A stretch of 64,000 bases of DNA from Desulfobacteraceae bacterium (GCA_011389855.1 JAABTM010000003.1:6-64005); one strand, 5' to 3'. Positions 1 through 10,600 are shown, counted from the stretch's first letter. Translations and numbers: made by a program. Notes: generated by a model not told the origin, from the letters alone.

Positions 1-1
1 G

Positions 2-136
2 ATTCATGTCTACATGGCATCCATCGCCGCCGGGGAACGGCCCGCGTTCATCTCCATGTTTACCGGCAAGGTGCCCGAGGATTACGCCATGCATCATCAC
101 AAGTTGTGGTATGACGAGGTTCGGGAAGGGCGGTAA
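2..136 (+). CDS. 3' end of an unidentified gene cut by the window edge
   Basis: Frame is open from the window start (..IHVYMASIAAGERPAFISMFTGKVPEDYAMHHHKLWYDEVREGR) to TAA 134-136. No family recognised. Confidence 0.35.
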   Translation: MHVYMASIAAGERPAFISMFTGKVPEDYAMHHHKLWYDEVREGR

Positions 137-141
137 TTAAG

Positions 142-783
142 ATGGATCTCGACGGGTGTTTGAAATGGCGAAGTTTCCAGTCCTTGAAAACAGTCGCCCG
201 GCCCATGCCGCCGGGGAATGAATCCCCCGGCTATGGGAGGAACCCGGCTGAAGCCGGCTGGCGGCGGCTGGGCGTTGTTTTGTCGTTTCTGGCGGTGGTG
301 GTTTTGGCGGCGATGCCTTTTGTTGCCGTTGCCGGCGAAACGCCTACCTGGTGGGCGGAGGCGGTCCGGGATGGCGAGCAAAATGGGTATCGGGTGATCA
401 CCCTGGAAGAATTGGCGGTCCTCTCAAAAACAGATAACAATCTGCTGCTGATCGACGCCCGACCCGGTTACGAATACCGCGCCGGACACATCCCCGGCGC
501 GGTCAACCTGGAATTTCACCCCGGCGACAAGGTGCGATTTTCATCTGAAAAACGCGAGCGTCTGAGAAACCTCATCGGGCAGGACAAGGACCGGCCCGTG
601 GTCTTTTATTGCCGGAGCTTCCGCTGACTGCGCAGCGGCATCGCCGCCGCCCGGGCCGTGGGCCTGGGATACACGAACATCATGCACCTGCCGCATGGGT
701 ATTTTGGGTGGCGGGACCTCCTCACCGGGGAATCCGGCGCAGCAGGTGCAGCAACACGTTCACAGCCGGCACGTAAAAAATGA
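142..783 (+). CDS. Rhodanese-domain sulfurtransferase with N-terminal TM/signal segment; in-frame TGA at 625-627 (candidate selenocysteine, or a disrupted gene)
   Basis: Rhodanese motifs LLLIDARPGYEYRAGHIPGAVNLEF and VVFYCRSFR precede TGA 625-627. The same frame continues LRSGIAAARAVGLGYTNIMHLPHGYFGWRDL to TGA 781-783 and completes the fold. Start is uncertain (ATG 142 or ATG 205). Confidence 0.6.
650..668 (+). promoter_or_regulatory. Candidate SECIS-like hairpin downstream of the in-frame UGA
   Basis: CCCGGGCC-GUG-GGCCUGGG forms an 8-bp stem (one G-U pair) with a G/U-containing apical loop. The loop lies about 30 nt after UGA 625-627. Confidence 0.35.
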
Positions 784-1357
784 CCACCGCCTCCATCAAC
801 CGATCCCGCATCTCCGTGACCCACGGCGCCATTTCGTTTTCCGCAAAATCGGCGGCGCCCGACAGATGTTCCGGCGACCCGCCGAATCCTTCCGACAGCA
901 GAAAATACAAATATTCCAACTCGATGCCCAGGTGATCCGGCGGTTCGGCTCGGTCGTTTGACACCGCCAGCCCGGCGGCCGCCAGCCGATCTTTCATCCG
1001 CATGGCCGCCGGCCCCATGAGCGACCCACTGTCCGATTCATAACTGGACTGATAGAGCGATGCCGCGATGCCGCCCCGGTTGTTGATGAAGGTCTGGACG
1101 TAAAGGGTTTCAAGATCCTCGCAAAGGGCCTGGGGAGACGGCGATGCGGCGGCGACCGCCTTCAGTTCCGCGACGGCCATGAGGAGGGGCGGCTCCTCCT
1201 TGCCGCCATGGGCGGCGATGGCCTCGAAGGGATCGAACCATTCCCCTGACTGCAAAGTTTCGCAATCTTCGGCGTTGGGTCCCCAGAAAAGCCGGCAGAT
1301 CCTGCGGAACGCCGCAAGGTGGGTTTCCGGATCGATGTTTTGACGTGGCGTCTTCAA
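722..1357 (-). CDS. TorD/DmsD-family molybdoenzyme-specific chaperone
   Basis: Family-typical motif EPPDHLGIELEYLYFL. About 210 aa and all-helical, the usual size for the nitrate reductase delta/TorD family. Confidence 0.8.
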   Translation of the reverse strand: MKTPRQNIDPETHLAAFRRICRLFWGPNAEDCETLQSGEWFDPFEAIAAHGGKEEPPLLMAVAELKAVAAASPSPQALCEDLETLYVQTFINNRGGIAASLYQSSYESDSGSLMGPAAMRMKDRLAAAGLAVSNDRAEPPDHLGIELEYLYFLLSEGFGGSPEHLSGAADFAENEMAPWVTEMRDRLMEAVVIFYVPAVNVLLHLLRRIPR

Positions 1358-1414
1358 TGGATTCCTTCTTCCGTGGTTTTGAGTGGATGCTGTTTTTTCA
1401 AAGGATCGTCTTTC

Positions 1415-2104
1415 CTATGATCGAACCGCCCTAAGCACCTCGTCCCTCAACTCGGCCTCGCTCAGATCGTTATTTTCGATCTTCACGGCGTTCAAATAGG
1501 TCCGGCCCAGCCAGACCATGATGCTTTCGATGCGCTCGGATCGGGCGCTGTCCCGGGCCATGTACCGGTCGAAGGGGTCCACGCCGCCGCCACGGGCCCG
1601 GTGGGCGATGCGTTGCCGGCGGATATGGTCCTCGATGTCCAGGACGATGGCTTTCGCGTGCGTGACGGGCAGGATGGCCCTCAGCGCCAAGTCGAGAAAG
1701 GCGGGTATCCGGATGTCGTCTATCCGGCGGAACCGATGCCCCAGGTAGAAGGCCAGGATCCGCAGGCCGGTATGGCTGACGACGATGAGCGGGTGGTCGG
1801 GCTTTTGAAAGCGCCGCAGATCCCGTTTGACGAGCAGCGCGATCAGGGAGGGGATCAGGTACTGGTTGACCCCGAAGGTGGAGAGAAAGAGCTGTTCCTG
1901 GAACAGCGACAATGCGCCTTTTTCCGCCTCGGCGGCGGTTGGGGTCTTCGAAAACCAACCCTCCCGCAGTTCGACCCGTCGCCCGAAATGGGCCAGCATA
2001 CTGGCCAATGCCTCGGCCACATGGTTCTTCCCGGCCGCGTCCGTACCCAGAATGACCAGAACTTCCGGAAAGGGCCCCGATTGTCGTTCATGCCGTGCGT
2101 GCAT
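1415..2104 (-). CDS. P-loop kinase-like protein (dNK/TMPK-like fold), function unknown
   Basis: Walker A-like ILGTDAAGKNH near the N-terminus. Start moved to ATG 2104 (MHARHERQ) because the upstream extension is encoded by a GTCCAC repeat array. Confidence 0.55.
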   Translation of the reverse strand: MHARHERQSGPFPEVLVILGTDAAGKNHVAEALASMLAHFGRRVELREGWFSKTPTAAEAEKGALSLFQEQLFLSTFGVNQYLIPSLIALLVKRDLRRFQKPDHPLIVVSHTGLRILAFYLGHRFRRIDDIRIPAFLDLALRAILPVTHAKAIVLDIEDHIRRQRIAHRARGGGVDPFDRYMARDSARSERIESIMVWLGRTYLNAVKIENNDLSEAELRDEVLRAVRS

Positions 2105-2107
2105 TTT

Positions 2108-2143
2108 GTCCACCCCGTCCACCAAGTCCACTCCGTCCACCTT
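2108..2143. repeat. Tandem 9-bp array GTCCAC-NNN x4
   Basis: gtccacccc gtccaccaa gtccactcc gtccacctt, lying in the divergent intergenic region between the starts at 2104 (-) and 2283 (+). Confidence 0.9.
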
Positions 2144-2282
2144 ACTGTGCATGCACACGAAATGAAGATTGGCCCAAAAAGAGGTTATTCATTGAAAAAA
2201 TTTTACCATATTGATATACATTCGCCAACGACAAAGGCATGATCACATCCCATCGACAACCCAAAATCCATCAGGAGGCGTC

Positions 2283-2603
2283 ATGTATCTGCCCAAAAAG
2301 TACACCGATTTTTCCAAAGATTATCCCGAAATTCTGAACGCCTACAAAGCGCTGGGCAAGGCCTGCCGCGAGAAGGGCGGCCCGCTTTCGGAAAAAGATC
2401 AGGACATGGTCAAGCTCGGCATCGCCCTGGGCGCCAATTCCCGGGGCGGCGTCATGTCCGCCACGCGCAAGGCCCTCAACGCCGGCGCCGCGCCGGAAGA
2501 GATCCATCACGCCATTCTGCTGGGGATGACCACCACGGGATTTCCCAACATGATCGCGGCCTTGGGCTGGGTTGACGAGGTGTTGTCGGAACGGGAAGAA
2601 TAG
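2283..2603 (+). CDS. Carboxymuconolactone decarboxylase (AhpD-like) family protein
   Basis: CMD-type helical repeat (KDQDMVKLGIALGAN..AGAAPEEIHHAILLG). AGGAGG lies 5-10 nt upstream of ATG 2283. No CxxC motif is present. Confidence 0.7.
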   Translation: MYLPKKYTDFSKDYPEILNAYKALGKACREKGGPLSEKDQDMVKLGIALGANSRGGVMSATRKALNAGAAPEEIHHAILLGMTTTGFPNMIAALGWVDEVLSEREE

Positions 2604-2609
2604 CCGGGA

Positions 2610-3074
2610 TCAGAAGGTTTCGTCCAGAACGTAGGCTTCCAGGTCGTCTTCCTTGACGAACCGTTCGGAGACGACCTTGTCCCGAACCGAGATCTCCTCA
2701 AGGTGGACGCTTTCCGGATCACCCGATACCAGCGGGTGCCAGGGCGGCAGGTCTTTGCCCTCCGCCAGACGGCGGTAGGCGCAGGTAAGGGGAAGCCAGT
2801 GGTATGCCGGAATCGTCTTCGGGGTCAACTGGAGGCATTCGGGCACGTACCGGGCCCGATCCGCGTAGGAAGTGCAGCGGCAGGAGTGGATGTTGAGCAG
2901 CAGGCAGGCCACGCCTGTGTAGAAGACCTCGCCGGTTTCGTCGTCCTCCAGCTTCCGCAGGCAGCACCGCCCGCACCCGTCGCATAGGGCTTCCCATTCT
3001 CCGTTGGTCAGTTCGGAAAGTGGCTTCTCTTTCCAAAATCGAGGATTGGCCAAGCGTTCCATGGCCCCGACCAT
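2610..3074 (-). CDS. ycgN: YcgN/UPF0260 family cysteine-cluster protein
   Basis: FWKEKPLSELTNGEWEALCDGCGRCCLRKL closely resembles the E. coli YcgN N-terminus. An alternative start is ATG 3062. Confidence 0.8.
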   Translation of the reverse strand: MVGAMERLANPRFWKEKPLSELTNGEWEALCDGCGRCCLRKLEDDETGEVFYTGVACLLLNIHSCRCTSYADRARYVPECLQLTPKTIPAYHWLPLTCAYRRLAEGKDLPPWHPLVSGDPESVHLEEISVRDKVVSERFVKEDDLEAYVLDETF

Positions 3075-3272
3075 ATCAGGAACGGCATCCGAAGAAAAGA
3101 GGGTTGAACCCCTCCGGCTGAAAATACGGTGTACAAGAGGCGTCGATGATTTTGGTAATTCAAAGCGATCCGGAGCGCTCCATGGGCCTGCTGGGAGGGG
3201 GCCGGCCGGGCCGCATCCCTCTGTTTTCTGTCTAATTTTCTATCGCTGGTGGATCGAGCCTGAACCCGTGCG

Positions 3273-4412
3273 TCACTGAATCGGCGTCCGGATCCGGGCG
3301 CCGGGATAGATGTCCCTGTTGGACCGGGTGAGGACCACCGTGGCGGTGCTCGGCCCCACCCGCAGGACGACCACGTCTCCCAGGACCACCGGCGGCAGCG
3401 TGACCAGGTTGCCGAGATCGGGGTTCGGTTTGGCGGCCTCCTGGTAAACGATGTTGTATCGTTGGCCAGGTGCGACGCCGTTCTCCCCGCCGCGGTCGAT
3501 GAAAACCACCGAGCCTTCCCCCAGAAGCCGCCCTCCTTCTTCGGATGAAACGATGGTGGCCTCCAGCCCCTCTACGCTGTCGGCGACGGGGATCTTGGGG
3601 GAGAGTTCGTTGTAGGGCATGAGGCGCTCGCCGATCCGGATGGTCCGGAAGGACGACCGGATGACGCCCATGGCGAATTCGGGCTCCAGGCGGCTGATCT
3701 CCAGCCTGCCGGTGAGGATGTGCTGGTATCCGATCCGCCGGTCCGTTTTCGGATCGCGGATGGGACCGACGGTCTTATAGATCGTATATTCCCGGCCCAT
3801 CACCAGCGGCGCGTCCCCTGCCGGCCGGATGTAAACCGTGTCCCGCTCGTATATCATCTGCTTGGCGTCTCCCTGAACCTTGAAGATCACGCCGTGAGCC
3901 TCCACGGGTTGACGTCGAACGAATCCGATCCGATTGATGGGGGAGAAAGTGAGCAGCGTTTCCCGCCTCTCCATCGGGCCTTCCTCGAATCCGCCCGACG
4001 GGGCCGTCGCCGGGGCGGGTTCGCCCATGTCGACCCGGGGTTGCGGGGTCGGCCGGGAGGGGAGGGGTTCGGCGGCGATGACGCCCCGGTCCGGGTAGAT
4101 CAGGAGCCGTTGTCCCGGGTAGATCAGGTGGGGGTTGAGGATGGGAACCTCCCGGGCGTTGCGCTGCCAGAGTGCGGGCCATTTCCAGGGGGTTTTCAGG
4201 AACCGCTCGGAGATGTCCCAGAGGGTGTCCCCTTTCTGGACGGTGTAATAAAAGGCTTCGTCGTTATAGGGTTCGACCCCCGCCGGCGGCGGTTCGCCGT
4301 CCTTGAAGGGCATTGACGACTGGGCCGATGCGGCGCCGGCGGCCCAGGCAAGGACGATGAGCGCCGCGAGGCGTAAAAGGAGGCGTCGATTCGGAATATG
4401 CGTCTGTTTCAT
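3273..4412 (-). CDS. Secreted LysM peptidoglycan-binding domain protein
   Basis: Signal peptide MKQTHIPNRRLLLRLAALIVLAWAAGAASA. LysM motif YTVQKGDTLWDISERFL..NPHLIYPGQRL. Confidence 0.8.
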   Translation of the reverse strand: MKQTHIPNRRLLLRLAALIVLAWAAGAASAQSSMPFKDGEPPPAGVEPYNDEAFYYTVQKGDTLWDISERFLKTPWKWPALWQRNAREVPILNPHLIYPGQRLLIYPDRGVIAAEPLPSRPTPQPRVDMGEPAPATAPSGGFEEGPMERRETLLTFSPINRIGFVRRQPVEAHGVIFKVQGDAKQMIYERDTVYIRPAGDAPLVMGREYTIYKTVGPIRDPKTDRRIGYQHILTGRLEISRLEPEFAMGVIRSSFRTIRIGERLMPYNELSPKIPVADSVEGLEATIVSSEEGGRLLGEGSVVFIDRGGENGVAPGQRYNIVYQEAAKPNPDLGNLVTLPPVVLGDVVVLRVGPSTATVVLTRSNRDIYPGARIRTPIQ

Positions 4413-4497
4413 GGGATACTCCGCGTGGTTGATGTGAATGGTCATCTTATGGTATGAGTATCCTGTTTACGCAAAAGTTGTCAAGTTTTTAGGACGC

Positions 4498-4532
4498 AAA
4501 AAGCCCCCGCGCACAAAAGAGCGGGGGCTTTT
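4498..4532 (-). terminator. Intrinsic terminator after groEL
   Basis: Stem GCCCCCGC / GCGGGGGC with a 10-nt loop. It is flanked by an A-run (4498-4502, a T-run on the minus strand) and by TTTT on the plus strand. Confidence 0.75.
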
Positions 4533-4575
4533 AACGGTCAGTGGATGACCGGGAAAGGAGGGGCGTACAGGGGTA

Positions 4576-6312
<1,737 letters not shown>

Positions 6313-6600
6313 TTATCCGATAACGCCCAGCACGTCGTCTTCGCGCATGATCAGGAACTCTTCGCCATCGATCTTGACTTCTGAGCCGGCATATTTGCCG
6401 AACAGGATGCGGTCGCCTTCCTTGACCTCAAGGGGCATCCGCTTGCCGTCGTCGCCGAGTTTGCCGTTGCCCACCGCGACCACCTTCCCCTCGGCCGGTT
6501 TTTCTTTGGCCGTGTCCGGAATGATGATGCCGCCTTTGGTGGTCTTCTCCTCTTCCACGCGCTGTACCAGGATTCGATCTTGCAATGGCTTCAGATTCAT
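6313..6600 (-). CDS. groES: Co-chaperonin GroES
   Basis: [35 protein letters not shown]; 95 aa, immediately upstream of groEL. Confidence 0.97.
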   Translation of the reverse strand: MNLKPLQDRILVQRVEEEKTTKGGIIIPDTAKEKPAEGKVVAVGNGKLGDDGKRMPLEVKEGDRILFGKYAGSEVKIDGEEFLIMREDDVLGVIG

Positions 6601-6777
6601 GGTCTTAAATCTCCTTTTGTTAAAAGTTACAACAATTTATATTGACTTATATGAAAACGAAAACCCCCTGTTCATGCCGTGCATGATAAAAAGGCCTGTT
6701 TTCTATAAAGATGAATCGCCCGATGTGGGCGGCGTCGTTGGGCCGCCTTGCGGCGCGCCGCAAGGGCTTATGATGCG

Positions 6778-7074
6778 CTATGCCGCGCTGTCGGACGTAC
6801 CGGATGATCCCGATGACGTCGTTCCGGCATCGGCTGTCTTGCCGGATGCGGAAACATCGGTTTTCGACTCGGCGGGTTTGGCGTCTCCCGATGGTTTTTT
6901 ATTGTAATCAGTGACATACCATCCCGAACCCTTCAGGTGAAAGGCGCTCTGGGAGATTAGTTTGTGGAGCGACCCAGTACAGTGCTTGCACCGGGTCAAG
7001 GGTGCATCGGAAAACCGTTGCCAGGCTTCTTCAATCTGGCCGCATTCTCTGCACTCGTACTCGTAAATGGGCAT
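6778..7074 (-). CDS. FmdB-family zinc-ribbon protein
   Basis: MPIYEYECRECG...RCKHCTG carries the CxxC..CxxC signature of the FmdB/zinc-ribbon family, followed by a low-complexity Ser/Gly tail. Confidence 0.8.
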   Translation of the reverse strand: MPIYEYECRECGQIEEAWQRFSDAPLTRCKHCTGSLHKLISQSAFHLKGSGWYVTDYNKKPSGDAKPAESKTDVSASGKTADAGTTSSGSSGTSDSAA

Positions 7075-7210
7075 TTTTCAATAACCTCCTGTCCTTTGAA
7101 AACCGGGTATTTACAAGGAAAAAATCCCTGTTTAAATCGAATTTACTCAAATATAGGGCGCGAATCGGTGTTGTCAAGGAATGGAAAATGATTTTTTTGG
7201 AAAGGCCCCC

Positions 7211-7747
7211 TCAGTTGAGGCGATCGATGGGGCGGCGCCATTCATCGTAGAATTTGAACACCGGGGCCATCTCCGTCACCGGCGCGGCGCTGAGGATCTC
7301 ATGGGTGGCGGCGTGGACCCGGGCCTCTTCCCTCATCCGCTCTTCCGGGGAGGCGTCGAATCGCTGGAGAAATTTGCAGAACCGGACAATGTGGATCAGT
7401 TCATGGGTGATGATGTAAAGCGAGAAAGGAGAGAGCGCCAGTTCCGGCATGCCCTTCAGCGCGTCGAGAATGGCGTGGTCCTGGAGGCAGATCTTATAGA
7501 AATCGTAGGTGGCGGAGCCCAGTTGCCGGTCGGGCCGCTTCCCCTCGTAGCGGATGACCTGGGCGAAGGGGCCGTGGATGATCTCTTCCCCCGCGAGATT
7601 TGCAAGGGTCTTGATGTCGTACCGAAGCCGGAGCCACTCGTTGACGGACATTTTGAAATGGTTGCTGACCAGTTCCTCTCCGAGAGCCACGGACTCGTTG
7701 ATGACCCGGATCTGGTCCGGATCGAGTCGTTTAAGTTCATCGTTCAT
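7211..7747 (-). CDS. Hypothetical protein with HExxH motif
   Basis: ORF with ATG at 7747 (MNDELKRL). Contains ITHELIHIVRF, a possible metallopeptidase-like HExxH. No family recognised. Confidence 0.55.
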   Translation of the reverse strand: MNDELKRLDPDQIRVINESVALGEELVSNHFKMSVNEWLRLRYDIKTLANLAGEEIIHGPFAQVIRYEGKRPDRQLGSATYDFYKICLQDHAILDALKGMPELALSPFSLYIITHELIHIVRFCKFLQRFDASPEERMREEARVHAATHEILSAAPVTEMAPVFKFYDEWRRPIDRLN

Positions 7748-7856
7748 CGGGCGGGGCGGGCCCCCTGTTTTCCAGGAAAAGGCTTGCAAAAAGGATGGAG
7801 GGTGTATATCATTTACGGATTTGATTGTTCCAATACACCGGAAAGGAGGTGATGTA

Positions 7857-7955
7857 ATGGGCAGCGTCATTAAGAAGCGCAGAAAAAAAATGAGACGCCA
7901 CAAGCACCGAAAGCTCTTGGCCCGCACGCGCCATCAGCGAAGAAAGGGTAAATAA
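7857..7955 (+). CDS. Small highly basic protein (AURKAIP1/COX24-domain-like, 32 aa)
   Basis: MGSVIKKRRKKMRRHKHRKLLARTRHQRRKGK, with GGAAAGGAGG located 7 nt upstream of ATG 7857 and a strong terminator after it. Confidence 0.7.
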   Translation: MGSVIKKRRKKMRRHKHRKLLARTRHQRRKGK

Positions 7956-7974
7956 TGCTACCTGTTCTTGCTGA

Positions 7975-8026
7975 AAAAGAAAAAGCACCCCGCCGCCTTC
8001 CGACGAGGGCGTGCGGGGTGCTTTTT
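7975..8026. terminator. Bidirectional intrinsic terminator (small basic protein gene / hflC)
   Basis: Stem GCACCCCGC (7985-7993) pairs with GCGGGGTGC (8013-8021). It is flanked by an A-run on the left and TTTTT on the right, between convergent genes. Confidence 0.8.
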
Positions 8027-8036
8027 CTATGAGCGC

Positions 8037-9011
8037 CTATGGTCTTTCCTCAGGTTCATACCCCTTCAGGTACTTCAAAAACTCCGAATCCGTAGACAAC
8101 ACCACGGACGCATCCTTGTCCAGCGCCTCGTTGTAGATTTCCAGCGTCTTCAGAAACGAATAAAATTCCGGGTCCACGCCGTAGGAGTCCGCATAAATAT
8201 CGGTGGCTTCCGCGTCGGCACGGCCTTTGATCTCCTGGGCTTTGCGATAGGCCTCGGACCGGATCTCCTTCAAGTCCCGATCCTTGTCGCCGATGATTTT
8301 GCTGGCCTCCCCTTTACCCTCTGACCGGAATTTTTCGGCGATCTGCTTTCGTTCCGCGATCATCCGTCCGTAAACCGATTCCCTGACCTGTTCGACGTAG
8401 TTGACCCGCTTTATCTTCACGTCCACCAGTTCGATGCCGAATTTGTCCAGCTTGGGCTGAGCCTGTTTGAGTATCCCCTGGGTGATTTTTTCCCGCCCCG
8501 TGTTGATGCTCAAATCGGTGCGATCATCATCTGTCTGGACCTCTTCCAGCACATCCCCCACGCCGACCTCGAAGGTGTCCAGCTCCCGGTTGCTCTTGCG
8601 GACGGTCTCGATGAGTTCGTAGGAGGTAATGAAGTTGCGGACGGCCGGATCGATAATGTCGTCCAGGCGGCTCTGGGCGCTGAACATATCGCTGACGGTT
8701 TGAAAGAATTTGATGGGATCGCTGATCCGCCAGCGGGCGAATGCATCCACCCATAAATAGGTCTTGTCCAGGGTTGGGATCTGGCCGGGATCGCCGTCCC
8801 ATGACTGGATGTTTTTAGGGAAATAGGTCGGTTTCTGGATAAAGGGAATCATAAAATTGAGGCCCGGTTCCGTAATGGCGTCCCCTGTCAGCCTGCCGAA
8901 CTGGGTGACCACCACCTGTTCTGTTTCATCCACCACAAAGGCGGCCGAGTAGATGATAAATCCGGCCGCCAGCACAATGATAGCTGCGATGCCGAGTCCT
9001 TTGGTTTTCAT
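8037..9011 (-). CDS. hflC: HflC (SPFH/band-7 protease modulator)
   Basis: N-terminal TM segment plus an SPFH domain (VVVTQFGRL..PGLNFMIPFI). Lies downstream of hflK with a 4-bp overlap. Confidence 0.9.
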   Translation of the reverse strand: MKTKGLGIAAIIVLAAGFIIYSAAFVVDETEQVVVTQFGRLTGDAITEPGLNFMIPFIQKPTYFPKNIQSWDGDPGQIPTLDKTYLWVDAFARWRISDPIKFFQTVSDMFSAQSRLDDIIDPAVRNFITSYELIETVRKSNRELDTFEVGVGDVLEEVQTDDDRTDLSINTGREKITQGILKQAQPKLDKFGIELVDVKIKRVNYVEQVRESVYGRMIAERKQIAEKFRSEGKGEASKIIGDKDRDLKEIRSEAYRKAQEIKGRADAEATDIYADSYGVDPEFYSFLKTLEIYNEALDKDASVVLSTDSEFLKYLKGYEPEERP

Positions 9012-10048
9012 TGGATGGCGCCTCCTTTGGCCTTTCCGAGATTCAACAGCGGCAGGACGTTGTTGCCGCCATCGCCGTCGATAATGTATTTGGGCCCCAG
9101 TTTGGGGAAGAGTTCTTTCAGGGTCTCCAGGTAGAGCCGTCGCTTGGTCACGTCCCTGGCCTTGGCGTAGGCATCATACACCGAGGTGAACCGGGAGGCG
9201 TCGCCCATGGCCCGGTTGACTCGGTCCAGGGCATACCCTTCGGCCGTCTTGACGGTGCGATCCGCCTCGCCCCTGGCCGCCGGTATCTCGGTGTTGTATT
9301 CCTCTTTGGCTTCGTAGATAAGCCGTTCTTTTTCCTGGGTGGCCTGGTTGACTTCGTTGAAAGACGGCTGAACCGGCTCCGGCACGTTGGTCCGCTTCAT
9401 TTCGATTGTCACGATGTTGATGCCGGCCCCGGCCCCGTCCAGTTCTCTCTGGAGCACTCTGTGGGCCTCGTTGGCGATGTCGTCCCGCTTGCTGATCACT
9501 TCGTTGATGGACCGGTCGCCCACCACCAGGCGCATGGCCGCCTCGGACATATCCCGAAGCAGTTCCCTGACGTCGGCCACTTTGAACAGGTAATTGTAAG
9601 GATCCTTGATCCGGTACTGGACGATCCAGGGCACGACCGCCACGTTCAGATCGCCGGTGAGCATGAGGGCCACGCTCCGTTCATCGCTGAGGCTGGACAC
9701 CCGCACCCGGGCGTCGGAGCCGGAGGAACGGAAGCCGAATTCGTCTTTGTAAACCCGGCGCACCTTGACTTTGCTCACCTTTTCGATGCCTGCCGGCAGT
9801 TTGAAATGAAGTCCTGGATCGGTCTGGCGCACATATTGACCGAATCGCTGAACTATGCCCACCTCGTCGACCGCCACCGTATAGAACATGGTGGAACCGA
9901 TCATGATGGCGACGATCACCAGAATGATCAGCGGCAGCCCCCCCGGCATCTTGAAATTGTTCAACTTCTTGAGGAAGTCGTCCATTTGCGGTGGGATCTG
10001 ATCCTTGCCCCTTTGTTGACTTTTCAGTTTTTCCCAATCCCAACTCAT
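9008..10048 (-). CDS. hflK: HflK (SPFH/band-7 protease modulator)
   Basis: N-terminal extension, a TM segment and an SPFH domain (VGIVQRFGQYVRQTDPGLHFKLP). Confidence 0.9.
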   Translation of the reverse strand: MSWDWEKLKSQQRGKDQIPPQMDDFLKKLNNFKMPGGLPLIILVIVAIMIGSTMFYTVAVDEVGIVQRFGQYVRQTDPGLHFKLPAGIEKVSKVKVRRVYKDEFGFRSSGSDARVRVSSLSDERSVALMLTGDLNVAVVPWIVQYRIKDPYNYLFKVADVRELLRDMSEAAMRLVVGDRSINEVISKRDDIANEAHRVLQRELDGAGAGINIVTIEMKRTNVPEPVQPSFNEVNQATQEKERLIYEAKEEYNTEIPAARGEADRTVKTAEGYALDRVNRAMGDASRFTSVYDAYAKARDVTKRRLYLETLKELFPKLGPKYIIDGDGGNNVLPLLNLGKAKGGAIQ

Positions 10049-10255
10049 TGTTAATCCTATTCTTTTGTTGACGTTGCCGTTAAAGCCCGAAACTCTTTAA
10101 AAGGTTAAGGAAGAGCGGCGTATAAGTCAAGAAAAATCCAAATCTAAGCCCTTCCATGCTCTTTCCCGCCCTTTCCCGCCCTTTCCATAAGCCCTCTTGA
10201 CAGCGGCCGTTCTTTCCCGGATAAGGGGTCCGAGAGGAACAACACGGAGGCCGCC

Positions 10256-10576
10256 ATGAGCAGAGACCGGAAACCCAACAAGGAGTTCACCCCCATCGGC
10301 GTCGTGCTGCGAAACGCCCTGGCGGGCTACCGCCGCGGTCCGGAGGGGGAACTCGCCCGGATATTCGACCTTTGGGCCGGCGCCGTGGGCGGGGCCATCG
10401 CCGACAATGCCCAGCCCGCCGCCTTCAAGGGCCGGGTGCTGGTCGTCCACGTCAACAGCTCGGCGTGGCTCCATCAGCTCCGGTTTCTCAAAGCCGACAT
10501 CATCGGAAAGGTCAACGCCGCCCTGGGCAAACCCCTGGTGGACGAGATCCAGTTCCGCATCGGTCCCTTCTTCTGA
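10256..10576 (+). CDS. DUF721/DciA-like protein
   Basis: About 105 aa with FKGRVLVVHVNSSAWLHQLRFLK, typical of the DUF721 family. Confidence 0.7.
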   Translation: MSRDRKPNKEFTPIGVVLRNALAGYRRGPEGELARIFDLWAGAVGGAIADNAQPAAFKGRVLVVHVNSSAWLHQLRFLKADIIGKVNAALGKPLVDEIQFRIGPFF

Positions 10577-10600
10577 CCTTGCCTTATTACGATTCACGCC

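Noticed and set aside
2283-2603. Checked the AhpD-like/CMD protein for a CxxC/CxxU redox motif or an in-frame TGA, since Sec-containing AhpD-like proteins exist.
   Set aside because: There is no cysteine pair and no in-frame TGA. It appears to be an ordinary, non-redox CMD-family member.
6746-6765. Perfect 20-bp palindrome CCTTGCGGCG|CGCCGCAAGG after the FmdB-like gene, considered as a terminator.
   Set aside because: There is no adjacent T-run on the relevant (minus) strand, so it is not a canonical intrinsic terminator. It may still be a structural or binding element, but the evidence is too weak to call.
6601-6777. Looked for a CIRCE (TTAGCACTC-N9-GAGTGCTAA) operator or a clear sigma-32 promoter upstream of groES.
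   Set aside because: No CIRCE-like inverted repeat is present, and I found no convincing CTTGAAA/CCCCAT pair by eye. The regulation of groESL is left unassigned.
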